63,724 nt of DNA. It comes from Paraspadella gotoi (Eukaryota; Animalia; Chaetognatha). The notes beneath the pieces were generated by a model, which was given only the letters and a program-made list of their open reading frames with translations, was not told the origin of the DNA and did not search any database. Shown piece after piece: positions 13,630 to 26,341 of this stretch. The stretch's first letter is position 1. Each line of letters opens with the position of its first letter. The stretch covers positions 739,721 through 803,444 of the forward strand of contig JBJCIZ010000239.1 of assembly GCA_051294375.1 (NCBI GenBank), written 5' to 3'. Made by a program: the position numbers and the translations under genes.

Positions 13630-16600
13630 GTTAGGATGCCGACAGAAGATGATTAGCCGATTACCCGCGGATTAAGTCCCCCGGAACTGGAGGCCTCGGG
13701 GGAATAGTACCCTTCTGGAATTCGAGCCGCCCGACGGCTAAAAGCGCGAGAAGAAAGGCCTGGACGACGAGGTACCCGGGACAGGAGACGATAGAGCGAG
13801 ACATCGCCGGAGGAAAGGGGCTTTGTTGAGGGAGAAGTGCGCTTATCGACGTTCCCCCTCGTGGGAGAATTTTTCGGACTCACGCTCCAGGAGAATGAGC
13901 ACGGACTTTTTTCAGAGCGGAAGTTATGGCGGGAAGACGTTGGAGTGGCCGCCGTCGCCCCGACGAGCGCGCTGGTAGCCTACTTTTCCTTTTCGAGCCC
14001 GAGGACCTGCGTCGATTTCGTCGGGGGCGCCTCATGTGTGACTCGGGGAAAATAGTAGCGAGGCTCGGAGAGAGAAAAAATAATATTTTTTCCTCTGGAA
14101 AAAATACCAAAAGGGAGAAAAAAACTTTAAATATTAAATTAGGCACTCTTCATAATATAATTCGGTCGGTTTCCAAATATTTGTTTTAAAATATAATTCT
14201 ACTTTTTTGGTTACTAATTTTTAACCAAGTTGAGATACGCCGTACTGTCGGGGGTTTAAGTGAGGGTCAAGTGGGTTAGGGTAATTCTAGTAATATATAT
14301 TTATTTTTCCTTTATATTAAAAAAAAAAAAACCATAGATACTATCTCAGAGTGGTTATGTTCAAAAGACGTCCACAATAAACCCTGTTCAGAAATATAAT
14401 TTTTCTATGCGCAATCAAATATCATCTCGATGGGAGAAAATAATATTTGTGAAAAACACGGAGCGTAACTGACAATATTTAATTTTGTCTCTTTACGATT
14501 TATACCATTCTCGACTTATAACCGTCAATATCTCTGGATCGTCGAATGGGCCTCTTTATACGTTTCATTTCCGCCAATGAAGAAGCTCGATCACGATTCC
14601 GTCGTCGACCAATGAAAAACGGCGCGCTCACCGTACGACACGAGCCGGAAAACGATATTCTGCTGGTTAACAGTCGAGAGCACTTGGATTTTTTTTGTCT
14701 CTTGCGTCTCTTGAAAAAAAAAGTTGAGACCGCCTACATCTCTTATCCTTTATCCTTTTGGAGCTGACGCGGCTGACTTGGATGAGACGGGTCAACTTCT
14801 CGATTGATCTCTATAGCGGGGTCTGCAATGGGGTAAAAGACTTTCGTCGTCGTTCGGTCGTTTGATGAAGACATTCAATTACCACGGATTTAATTTTTTT
14901 TTTTTTTTTTAGTGGGAGTTATCTTTAATAAGTCTTAAGAAACATAGTCGATAAAAAACTGTAATTAACCTAATTGGAGATTAATCAAAACGAGTCAAAA
15001 CCGACGCACTAGTAGATGTTTTGACGCGCCATCTAAGATTCAAGAGAATAAGAGGCCCTTCAGACCTTCGACGTCCCCAACCTTTCTTCCGCCTGCCACC
15101 CTCTATCTCCCTCAACCCCTCCTTGCGAAGGCTTTGGGCTTGGGCCTATGGGCTTAGGATTGGTCCCCTCACACTCTAGACGTCAAACTCCACCAAATTC
15201 AAGCCTTAAATAGGGCTCTAGCGTTTGGTCCGCCTGCTCCACCCCAAATTCAAAAGCCTCTGGGGCCTTAGGACTTGGGGCTCCATCTCATAACTCAAGC
15301 CTTGAGTTTTAGGATTGGCCCACCTCCAATTCAAGCCTTCTTGGGCTTAGGATTTTATCCCACCGGCACTCATCGGTTCATGCGTACTTCGAGCACGAGA
15401 CATGCAAGCCTTGGAGCTTAAGGATTAGGGCCCCCTCCACAGACGCGCACTGCTTCTCCATGACATATCCGATCACGGGAGCGGCAGCAGTCCCGGTTAG
15501 TTAGGTGAGATAACACACTGGCGTTCTCTGTGTCTTTTCCGCCTTGCTGGTAGTAAGGATTTTACTACGAGGTGTAATATTTACAGTTGTCGGCAATTCT
15601 TGGCTTTCTAGATAGCGCAAGGAGACGTTCGCTAGGACTTGTGAGTGGTGGTCGTAGAACGCAGGTTGGGTTTTCCGTGAATGATGGTTGCGGTTCTTTT
15701 ATTTTTTTTTGATGTTGGGAAGGAGAGGTAGATATATGTATCTATTGTAAAATTTTTGTGTATGGTATATACTTTATAGAACTATTGATTTGAATATTAC
15801 GATTTGATTCGGTGTACGTAGAACAGTCGCAGTTACTAACTCTATGAAAAACTGAAAAAGTCGTTTTATTAGTTGTTCTTTCAAAAATGTGGCTTAATAT
15901 TTGATGGATAAACTATTTAAACTACTGTTCCTAGGTGGATCTGGAATAAGCCAAATAAAACTTCGTTTAAAGCTTATTTGTTTATGTAGACTGTCGCCAC
16001 ACTTTGGCTTTTTAAAGTCATGAATTGCGTCTATTTTTTGCGGCGTCCAATCATGCGCATTTTTTTTTTCTTCTACTTAATATATATAATGCTAATTTAT
16101 AGAATGGAAACCAAATAGTGAAAATCACAAAGTCGAATTTTAAAAACCGGACGAACGGTAATTAAGATTCGTGCTCCACGAGTTATACCGTGTGCCACGC
16201 TTGCACAATTGCCTAAACGAGATCCAATTAGGCTAGACTCAGGAATGTGTCGCGGCATGGTAACTTCAATCGTTTGCCTATTTGGAACTACATAAGCTGT
16301 GGGACGGACGGATAGGATAGCAAAAGGTAATTATTTTCTAATTTTTTGTTCTAACATATCAGTAGAAGTGAATGGTTTAGGAAAATAGTAGTGTTGAGAG
16401 TATCATATAATAAGTGATATAAAAGTAAATATCTTAGTCTGGATAAGTGGTGGGTAAAAGAAAGAGTGATGAGGTAGAGGAAAAATGATAGAGCAGAGAA
16501 GAGAGAGAGTCGGTAGAAGCAGAAAAGGAAATAGAGAGGAAAGAGAGAGAAAGATATAACGCGGCGGCGCCTCCGATCTCACCATACCTTAGGTGTAGTC

Positions 16601-18030
16601 AACGGACTCCGAGATCAATGTCAAAGGTTATTCTTTGACGGTAGGGTGGTTCCCGTTCAAGCCAGAATCCGAATGATGAATTTAGTCGCAGAGAGATAGC
16701 TAGGAATCGGAGCGCCTCATCTGTCAGGCGCCCGGGCAATGACGGTCGGGCCGCTGGAAGAAGGATATGATATAAAATGTGCTATTATTTGTCCTTCTCT
16801 CTCTCATCTGTCTCTTTCTCTCGTTCTCTCTCCTCCTCTTCTGTCTCTCTGTCTCTCTCTGTCTCTCTCTCGTTTCCTGTGTGGTCTCGTCTTTTTTTTT
16901 TCTCTTCTCGTTACTCTATTTGCTGCTCATCACTCTTCTGTACATCTCACTCATCTCCGATCTCTCTTCTCTTGTCTGCAGTCGTATTCCTCTCCTCTCG
17001 TGCCCTCTACTCGGTCCTCCTCGGTCTCATCAACATGGCATTTGCAAAGAATCTCCTGTCTTTGTGGGACGGCGAACGGGATTTTGCATCACGTCGCGCT
17101 ATGAAACTGACTTCTCGTCTTCACTGTACTCTCTTCATTTTCGTTTTGAATGATATCACTTTGGCGTGTGCGATCGTGTAATGTATATAGTAATGTATGT
17201 ACGTAATACATGTAGATCATGGAGACAGTCGGAGACAAGTAAAGCAGACAATGTAAACATTGAAAGTTTGATTAAAAGCGACGAATTACAAAGATTAAGA
17301 GTAAGTGTGGTAGAGAGTTGTTAAAAAAAAGAAAAAAAAACTATGAAAGCATTGTGAAAAAAAAATGATTGTAAAATACAAATAATTCTTATTAAGCCAA
17401 AATTACACCTGATAATAAGTCGGATCGATGCTGCCTGTTCGTCAGGGTCCATTTTCGTATCGTGAGTTTCCTTTGCCTGACGGCGCCTGTTTGATCGCGT
17501 CACTAACTGAGTGTGTCGTGTAGATCGAGGATTTATCAATATGTTCATTGTGGCAGTGCCTCTTTGTTCGATGTATACTTTATCAGCGCATGTATTTGTA
17601 ATTATACTCGCGTTCGGAGCGCTGGATGAGCGGGACAAATTGGTTTCAATCAACCGGCTCGGGGGGCTGTCTGTCGGTTATTTATGAGATATCTTTAAAA
17701 AATAAAAAAAATAAGAAAAAAAGTAACTTTAGAAATATACAAAGATTAAAAAGTTACTGTTACGATTAAAATGTAATCCTGAAAGGTAAGGAAGAAAGTT
17801 CCTGACTGTTTTTTCCCCTTTTTTTAAAAAAGAAAACTGATGTCGTTTCGATGGGCAACTTTTGTGAAGATATTCCCTTTCCTTTTGTCAAGGATTGAAT
17901 TGTCAGCCTCGAAAATCTTCGATGTCTTTTGTTCGGTAAGTCGGAGTTTCGCATACCCGTCTACAGGCTGATCTGTCCGAGAATTTTCTGTAAAAGATGA
18001 CGCGTAATTAGAAGCCCAAACTTGTCAATG
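13630..18030 (-). repeat. Left arm of large imperfect inverted duplication (partner 20000-23640)
   Basis: 14040-14100 is the reverse complement of 23240-23290; 15035-15150 of 22345-22470; 17760-17930 of 20190-20360. This arm is insertion-rich. Confidence 0.9.
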
Positions 18031-19129
18031 GGGTGGGTCAGAAGTTTGATTTGGAGAACCTTTCCAAATGAGGAACTCATACACTGCGGATCGCAAAAAC
18101 GTTTTCAATGGACCAATAATTTTCTAAAATGCTAGAACAATTTGTATAAGCTTTTTTTATATATTTATGTTATATTTAGATAGGAAATGTCAAAATTTTT
18201 TCTTAAAATTTTTATTTAATATTTTGTTTTTATAACAAAAGCTGATTCAGTAGCTTATAAAGTTTCCTACCAAAGTATAATTCCTTTTCAATATTTTGAT
18301 GATAAGTGGGTCAGTCAAAACTTAGGGAAAAAACCTTTAAAAAATCATCATCATCATCATCATTCCGATGATTTTAGCAGTTTTTATTATTTTCCAGTAA
18401 ATAAAACATCAAAATTTAAAATGTTGTATTATATTTGTTCTCGTCTTAACTTTTTCTAGAGTCTCTTATCAGCTTGCAAATTAAGAATTACTCCTATTAA
18501 AAATCTTAAAAAATTTCAATAAATAAAATAATATATTTTGAACATATCAATTATGCAATATCAATTAATATTTATAAATTAGCGAATTACTTTACTATGG
18601 TAAATCTGGAAAGCATTTTTAGACAAAAAAATGTTTTTTACATTAGAATAAATTTTAATTATCCAATAATTGGAATTTTAGTATTGTATATATGCTTGTT
18701 TTGACCATTATAATGTTTGAATATGAATGGTCGGGTCATAACAAGAGCTTGAAACATGCTGAATGTCTCTTTGTCACTGTATGTCAAGATCTTTGTCATA
18801 ATCGTCGTTGTATTTAAAAAAATATAAAAAATATGTTTGAAAGTAAGTTTTTTTAAACTCATATTAATAATCGTACCCTGAAAGCTAATAAAAACCGGTA
18901 TTTATTCAATATTATTTTTTTACATAATAACTTTGTAAGTTTCATCGGACTTGTCACGAATTCATTTAACTTTTTCTTTTCTCCTCTTCCCTTTTTTCCC
19001 TAAATTTATCACATTCATCCGTTTCCAAGTGGAAACGTCTTACTTTCCAAAGATCCAATCCGTTCTCTCTTTCTGTAAATTTAATGGTTCGTTCCTCGTT
19101 CCGTGCCAACTTCACTTACCCTCAAAATC

Positions 19130-19790
19130 TTTCTCTCACCCCTCTCTCTTCCTTTTTTCTAAGTTGGTCATTTACTCTCGTCTTTTCTTCTCTCCTCCCC
19201 TTTTCAACTCTATCTCCCTCTCTCTCCTCTACTCTCCCTCCCTCCTTTGCCCTCCTCCTCCTCTCCTCCCCCCTCAACCTTCTCCCGCTCCCCCTACTCC
19301 TTTTTCTCTTTCCGCCGTCGTCCTCCCGCTTCCCCTACCTCACTCTCCTACCTCCCTCCCTTTCGCTCCCGCTCTCCTCCTTTTCTTCCGCCTCGCCTCT
19401 CTCTCTCCCTCCCCTTCTCTCCTCCCATTCTTTTCCTCCACTCGCTCCTCTTCGCTTCCTCACCTCCTCCCTTGCTTCATCTCCCCTCGCCCTATCTCTC
19501 TCCCCTTCTCCCTATCCTCAATCTTCCTCTCCCCTCCTCCACCTCCCTCTCTTCCTCCCCTCCTCGCACCTCTTCCTCTTCCTCCCCTCCTTCCACCTCC
19601 CTCTCTTCCCCCTCTTTCCCTCTTTTCTCCCCTCCTCCCTCTTCCCTCTTCCTCTCCCTTCTCCACCTCCCTCTCATCCTCGTGCTTCCTCGCCGCTTCT
19701 GCCACCTCTTTCTTGCCTCCTCCGCTCTCCGCCTCGTCTTCCTCCCCCCTTCCACTCGTCCGTCTTCCTCGCCCCTTCTCACTCCCCATG
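19130..19790 (+). repeat. Long C/T polypyrimidine low-complexity tract
   Basis: About 650 bp almost exclusively C/T; it generates spurious ORFs in all frames. Confidence 0.85.
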
Positions 19791-19999
19791 CGTGCATTCG
19801 TCTTACTCCACCAAGATTCCCCGTCGCGACCCCCAGGTGTCGAATCGCCGGAGGGAACTCCTTCGTCTGAGTTGGCGAGAGGAGAATATTTTGGCGGAGG
19901 GGGGGGGCGGCGGGAGGAAGACGAGTAAGTGAAAGAGCTTGCTGCAGGACGATTATAATATATTTAAAAAATTATTCACATTTTTTTTTTTAAATACAA

Positions 20000-20992
20000 C
20001 GAAGTTTGACAAAGGTTTGACAAAAGTGCAAGCATCGCGTAGTTTTTACGAAATTCTCGACAGATGTCAGCCTTAACGGGAGGAGANNNNNNNNNNNNNN
20101 NNNNNNNNNNNNNNNNNNNNNNNNNNNNNNNNNNNNNNNNNNNNNNNNNNNNNNNNNNNNNNNNNNNNNNNNNNNNACTTCCGAACAAAAGACATCGAAG
20201 ATTTTCGAAGGAAATTCAATCCTGAAAAAGAAAGGGAATCTTCACAAAAGTTTTGCCCATCGAAACGACATCAGTTTTTTTTTAAAAAAAAGGGGGAAAA
20301 ACAGTTAGGAACTTTCTTCCTTTACCTTTCAGAATTACATTTTAATTTAACAGTAACGTTTTTTAATTTTTTTTTCTAATTACTTTTTTCTTTATTTTTT
20401 TATTTTTTAAAGAGTCAAAATGCCGACAGACGCCCCGCCGTTGAAACCAATTTGTCCAGCTCATCCAGCGTCGAAGCCTGAGTAAATTACGAAATATCAT
20501 CTTAAAGTTATATCGAACAAAAGCTGTCACAATGAAATATTGATAAATCTCTTCTAATCGTAGTGACGCGATCAAACAGGCGCCGTCAGGCAAAGGAACT
20601 CACGATACGGAATGCCTGACGAACAGGGATCCCGACTTATTTTATCAGGTGTTAATTTTGGTCAATAAGGAATATTTATTTGTATTTTACAATATTTTTT
20701 TTTTCACAATGTCTTTCATAGTTTTTTTTTTTAACAAACCTAACACTACTCTTAATCTTTTGTAATTCGTCGCTTTTATCAAAGCTTTCAATGTTACTGT
20801 CTTTTACTGTCTCCGACTGTCTTCCATGTCTACATTATTACGTACATTACATTACATTACATTACAGTCCAACGCCAAAGGATATCAGTGCAAAACGAAA
20901 AGAGGTTGTGAAGACGAAGTCGTTCAAGCGCACGAGTGCAAAATCCGTCCGCACAAGAAGGAGATTCTTTGCAAATGCCTCTGTGAGAGAGG

Positions 20993-21057
<65 letters not shown>

Positions 21058-23640
21058 AAAGAGAGAGACAACACCAGAAAGAGAGAGAGAACACAGAGAG
21101 AGACCACAGAGAAAACAGAGAGAGAGAGAAAGAGAAGAGAGAAAAAGAGAGAGAGACATATATCAATTCATATCATATCCTTCTTCCAGCCGGCCCGACC
21201 TCTCATTGCCCGGCGCCTGCGAGGGTCCGATTCCACTCACTCGCGACAAATTCATCATCGATTCTTGCACGGGGAAACCCAACTGCCCGTCAAAGATAAT
21301 TGACATTGGATGCCGGGTCGTTTACCCTAAGAATGGTGAGATCGAGGGGGGGCTATATCTTTCTCTCTCTTTCTCTCTCTATTTTCTTTCTCTTCCGCTC
21401 TCTCTCTCTCTGTCTTTCTTTTTTTCTCTCTCTCTCTTTCTTCCCCCTTCGCTTTAGCTATTTACTTTTATTATTATTTATATTATATATTTTTAAACAA
21501 TTCATTCTATGAAGTTAGAAAATTAGAAATTACTTTTTCTTATCCTCCTCTCCCCTTATTAGGTCCAATGACGATTGGTTACATGGGACACATTCCTGGC
21601 ATGGACGTTTGCATGCAAGGTGAGCATTCTAGCCTGTCGTTCGGTTAAATTCACTTTGTATTTTCACATTGGTTTTTAACTTTAGAAATAGCATTTTTAA
21701 AAAGAAAAAAAAATGGCATTTGGACGCCGGAAAATGGCATTATGACTTTAAAAAGCAAAGTGCGAGTGCTACTAAACAAATTAAGCTTTAAAACGAAGTT
21801 TATTTGCTTATCAGGACTTACCTAGAAATAGTTCAAATAGTATCCATCAAGATATAAGCCCATTTTTAAGGCAATAAAAAATTTTATTTCATAGTAATTA
21901 TTGTAAGTTGCGACTGTTCCGTACCGAATCAATCGTATATTCATATTCTACTATACATACACAATTACATATATTACATTATATACTCCTTCCTTCCCAA
22001 ATCAAAAGGCCGCAACTATTCCACGGAAACCAACTGCGTTCTACGCCACATCAAATCCAGCGAACGTCTTCCTCCGAGAGCCAGATGCGAGAAAAACACC
22101 GAGACTTACGAGAAGGCGAAAAAGAACGCCAAGTGGAACACGAAACCGGATTGCAGGCCGTTGACGGAGCAGGAGAAGCTGCCGTTGTGGGGGCCCAATC
22201 CTAAGCCCAAGGCTTGAATTTGGGGTGGGAAATATCCTAAGCCCAAGGCTTGAATTGGGGTGGGGCCAATCCTAAACTCAAGGCTTGATATGAGATGGAG
22301 CCCAATCCTAAGCCCAAGGCTTGAATTTGGGGTGGGGGACCAATCCTAAGCCCAAGGCCCAAGGCCAAAGCCTTCGAAGGAGGGGTTGAGGGGGATAGAG
22401 GGTGGGCAGGCGGATGGGACGTCGAAGGTCTGAAGGGCCTCTTTTCTCTTGAATCTTAGATGGCGCGTCAAAACATTACTATGCGTCGTTGACTCTTTGA
22501 TAACTGAATAGTTAATTACTGTTTTTATCGCTGTTTTTAAACTATTAAAATTACCAAAAAAAAAAAAAAAAATTAAATTCCGTGGTAATTGAATGTCTTT
22601 CAAACGACGAACGACGACGAAGTCTTTTCACTTTGCCACCCGCTTAGAATCATCGAGATTGACCCGTCTCATCCAAGTCGCCGCAGTCCAAAGGATAAAA
22701 GATAAGAGATGTACGTCTCAACTTTTTTTCAAGAGACGAGAGACAAAAAGATCCAATGCTTGACGTTAACAACAGAGATATCGTTTCGGCTCGATGTCTG
22801 AGCGCGTTTTTCATTGGTCGACGGGAATCGGGATCGACTTTTCATTGGCGGAAATGAAACGAAAAGATGAACGATAGAGACTTTTGAGTTATAAGTCGAA
22901 AATGGTTTCGTGAAAGATAAATTAATATGTAGTTAGCTCGTTAAAATTTTTTTTCCCCTCGAGATGATATGTTTGATTGCATAAAAAATTTATTTTCGTC
23001 GACAGGGGTTTTTTGACGTCTTTTGAAATAACCACTTGAAAATATTCTTGGTTTTTTTTTTTTTTTAAATTAAAGAAAAAAATTATTACTGAATTACCCT
23101 AACCCTGAACCCACTTAACCCCCGTCGGCGACGGTAAAATTAACTAAATTAATTAATTAAAAAAATATTGGACACGATTGAAGATGCTATTTAAATATTT
23201 TAAAGTTTTTTTTCCCTTTTTGGTTTTTTTCCAGGGAAAAATATTATTTTCTCTCTCCGAGCCTCGCTACTATTTTCCCCGAGTCAACATGAGCGCCCCC
23301 GACGAATCGCCGCAATCCTCGAAAGGAACGTGGGCTACGCGCGCCTCGTCGGCGACGGCGTCTCACTCCAACTCTCCGCCCATAAACTCTCCCTCTAAAA
23401 AAGTGCTCATCTCCGGAGCGAGTCCGAAAAATTCTCCCACGGGGGAAACGTCCGATAGCGACTCTCCCTCCAAAGCCCTTCCTCCGGACGATGTCTCGTC
23501 TCTATCGTCTCCTTCCGGTACCTCGTCGTCCAGGCCTTTTTCTCCTCGCGCTTTAGCGTCGGGGGGCTCGAATTCCAAGGTCTTTCCCGCCGAGGCCTCC
23601 AGTTCCGGGGGCTTAACTTCCGGGGTCGGTTCTTCTGGGA
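20000..23640 (+). repeat. Right arm of large imperfect inverted duplication
   Basis: Collinear reverse complement of 13630-18030. Confidence 0.9.
22190..22365 (+). repeat. ~37-bp minisatellite (ATCCTAAGCCCAAGGCTTGAATTTGGGGTGGG); mirrored at 15130-15435
   Basis: 4-5 tandem units are directly visible. Confidence 0.8.
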
Positions 23641-25402
23641 CCACTACTTCCGGGACCTCTCTTGTCATGGTCTCTCCTTCCAAAGTCTCTCCTTCCAAAG
23701 TCTCTCGATCTAAAGTCTCGCCTGAGGTGTCTCCCTCCAAAGTCTCACCCTCCAAGGTTGCACCCTCTCAAGTATCTCCCTCTAGAGTCACTTCCTCGAA
23801 AGTTTCTCTTTCCAAAGTCTCTCCTTCGAAGGTCTTTTTATTGAAAGGTTCTTCTAAGATCGCTTCTTCCGAGGACCTTCCTAATGTTGCCGCTCATCCC
23901 GAGGCCCCTGCTGCCGAGGCCACACCTTCCGAGGGCCTTCCTAACGTGCGCTCTCCGTCTAAGGCCTGGACTGTCTCTGACGCTCCTTCCAAGGCCACTC
24001 CTTCAGAGGGCCCTCCATCCGAGGCCACTGCTTCAGGGGCCACTCCTTCCGAGGCCACTCCTTCAAGTGCCTCTCTTGCTGAAGCTTCAATTGACGTCCC
24101 TGTAGAGTCGACCATTTCCAGGTTTTGAGAATGAGAAATGGAAAATTAAACTTTCAAATTGATGCGATAAACCTTTCGTTTTCGTTGTTATTAGGATTTA
24201 GAGAAAAACAAAGTTTTTAATTGTGGTACAACGAATTTAATTGGAGATACGGACATGTTTCGGCTCACATTTCGAGCCTTCATCAGCGTTTGCCATAAGG
24301 AAAATATTTGTGCAAAAAGAAGGGTGTGAGAGAGAGAGAGATAGAGGTAAAGGTTTTCCAACAAAGTAGTGAGAAGGCTCGAAATGTGAGCCGAAACATG
24401 TCCGTATCTCCAATTAAATTCGTTGTACCACAATTAAAAACTTTCAAATTAAATTTTTTTGGTAATTTAGCAACTTAACGTTACATTGTAACAATACGGA
24501 AAAAATTGGTTTATTTTTTTATTTTACTGAAATTAAATTCTCAATGTTCCGTAGTTTCATTTTTTCCTCCATTTTATTGAACCCCACATTTTTTCAGCAT
24601 TAAGTATTTGATCTTTACTCCTTCTCACATAATTTCTTTTTTAATTATATTTAACGATTTAAGAGGGTTCATTTTCCACCCCTATTGTTTTATTTAATAA
24701 TTTGCCCCTCTAACCACATCAACTTATTCTATTTAGTAATAATAATTTTTTTTCATAAAATAACCCCCAATTCTTCAACCCTATTAGATACCAAGTCTCG
24801 ATCTTAACCCTAAACTTTTTTTCAATACTATTCCCCCAACACCATTTTTCACAATCAACTTCGCTCAACTTTCTCCCCTTCAAAGGTCCGACTATCCCCA
24901 GGATGACAATGTCGAAGAAATTTCCATATCCGAGGCAGGTGTGCCGCGCATCGAGATCGAACCGCCTTCATCATCCTCGCAATCGTCGTCTTCCGATCCC
25001 GTCTCACATCGCGCGCAAGAGCCCGACAGGTCGGGTCAGCGGTTGACATCGCGTTCGGCCTCGCGTTCAGCCTCGCGTTCGGGTTCGCGTTCGGGTTCCC
25101 GTTCGGCCTCTCGTTCCCGTTCGCGGCAGGTGTCGCGTTCGGCCTCGCGTCCGCTGGCTGATTCGGCTTCCAATTCGCAGCCGGCGTCGCGTTCGACTTC
25201 TCGTTCGCGTCCGGCTTCTCACTCGCAACCGGTATCGCGTGCGGTATCGCGTTCGTCCTCCGGGTCCCAGCTGGGAGCGCGTTCGCGGGCGATGTGCTCG
25301 GTTCACTCGCGCTCCTATGGGAGTTCTGTCGGCTCGTCCGGCGTGACAGTTCGTTTACATAATTTTGTTCATGAACCTTGGAGCTGCGAACTCTCCAAGT
25401 GA
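23289..25402 (+). CDS. Ser/Pro/Arg-rich low-complexity protein. Exons 23289-24121 and 24886 to 25398/25402; 3' end uncertain
   Basis: Two long GC-rich open frames joined by a phase-2 compatible GT-AG intron (ccag|gtttt...caaag|g). Contains VSPSK, ATPSE and SRSA/RS repeats. The opposite strand has stops. Confidence 0.55.
24210..24444. repeat. Perfect 72-bp inverted repeat (24210-24281 and 24373-24444), probable Penelope-like remnant
   Basis: The arms are exact reverse complements by direct reading and contain the hammerhead core. Confidence 0.9.
24249..24289 (-). ncRNA. Minimal type I hammerhead ribozyme motif (Penelope-like element terminal repeat type)
   Basis: Minus strand reads ACG-CTGATGA-AGGCTC-GAAATGT-GAGCC-GAAA-CATGTC-CGT: conserved core, stem II, palindromic minimal stem III, GUC cleavage triplet, 3-bp stem I. 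Confidence 0.7.
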
Positions 25403-26341
25403 GTTGATATTTTATGATTAAGCAAAACCTATACCCGTCTGGCGAGTTTTTGTTGATATATTTTTTTTTCAGCTTATTATTAGTAAATATTGCAGTATTT
25501 GTCGTTTTGATATTTTTATCGTCGCAATTGCTTTGCGTTTGCGACGATCTTGTAGCGCTTTTGCGCATAAGTGGTGTAGTCGTCGTTGTCATTGGCGATC
25601 AAATTTATAGATCGCCTTTTTGATGATTAAATTTGGGTGTATGAAGCTGAAAATATATATACAGCTTCTCATCATCGAGGTCCTTGAAATTGGGTGAGGA
25701 CAGTTATTAAATATGTTTGGTTTACGTTTTATCAAAACAAACAAATTTCGTCTATTATTTTTGTCTCCTTCTCTCTCTCTTTTCTCTTTTAAGTATATGT
25801 AGCTCTCTCTTTTCCCCAGGATGATTCATCGAAAAAAAAACGAGTCTGCAGCTGGCTCTACGGGGGCTTTTTCTTTTTCTCTCTTTTCTCCTGCTGCTTC
25901 TGCTGCTGCCTTTTGATTTCTTTTTTTTTTTGACTGCCTCTGCTGCTGCCGCTGCTGATTCGTCCGAAAACGATTTGGCTTCTCTCTTTCTCTTTCTCTC
26001 TCTTTTTTTTTTCTCAGGGGCTGCGTCTGCTGATCAGTTTATTTGACAATGAAATTTTTTTTTATTGACAATCGCAAAATAGAATTTTTGTTTATAATTT
26101 TTTTTTTCAAATTTGATTTTTTTTAATATCAAAATTGCGACGATCCTTATGCTTTTAAGATTTATTTAAAATCCTATTTCTTTTATAAGCGACATTTTCA
26201 AATAGTATATCCATTAAACACTATTTTTAACTCTTAAAACGAATCAACTGTACATAAACGTAAGTTGATAACAAAAACTTCTAATAGGGCAAGTATATCG
26301 GTTTAAGCTAATTTTAAACTTATTCCTTTTTTAATGCGTCT

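Noticed and set aside
18951-19932. Long ORFs (325 and 282 aa) over the polypyrimidine tract
   Set aside because: They are open only because C/T-only sequence lacks stop codons; no domain or splice support.
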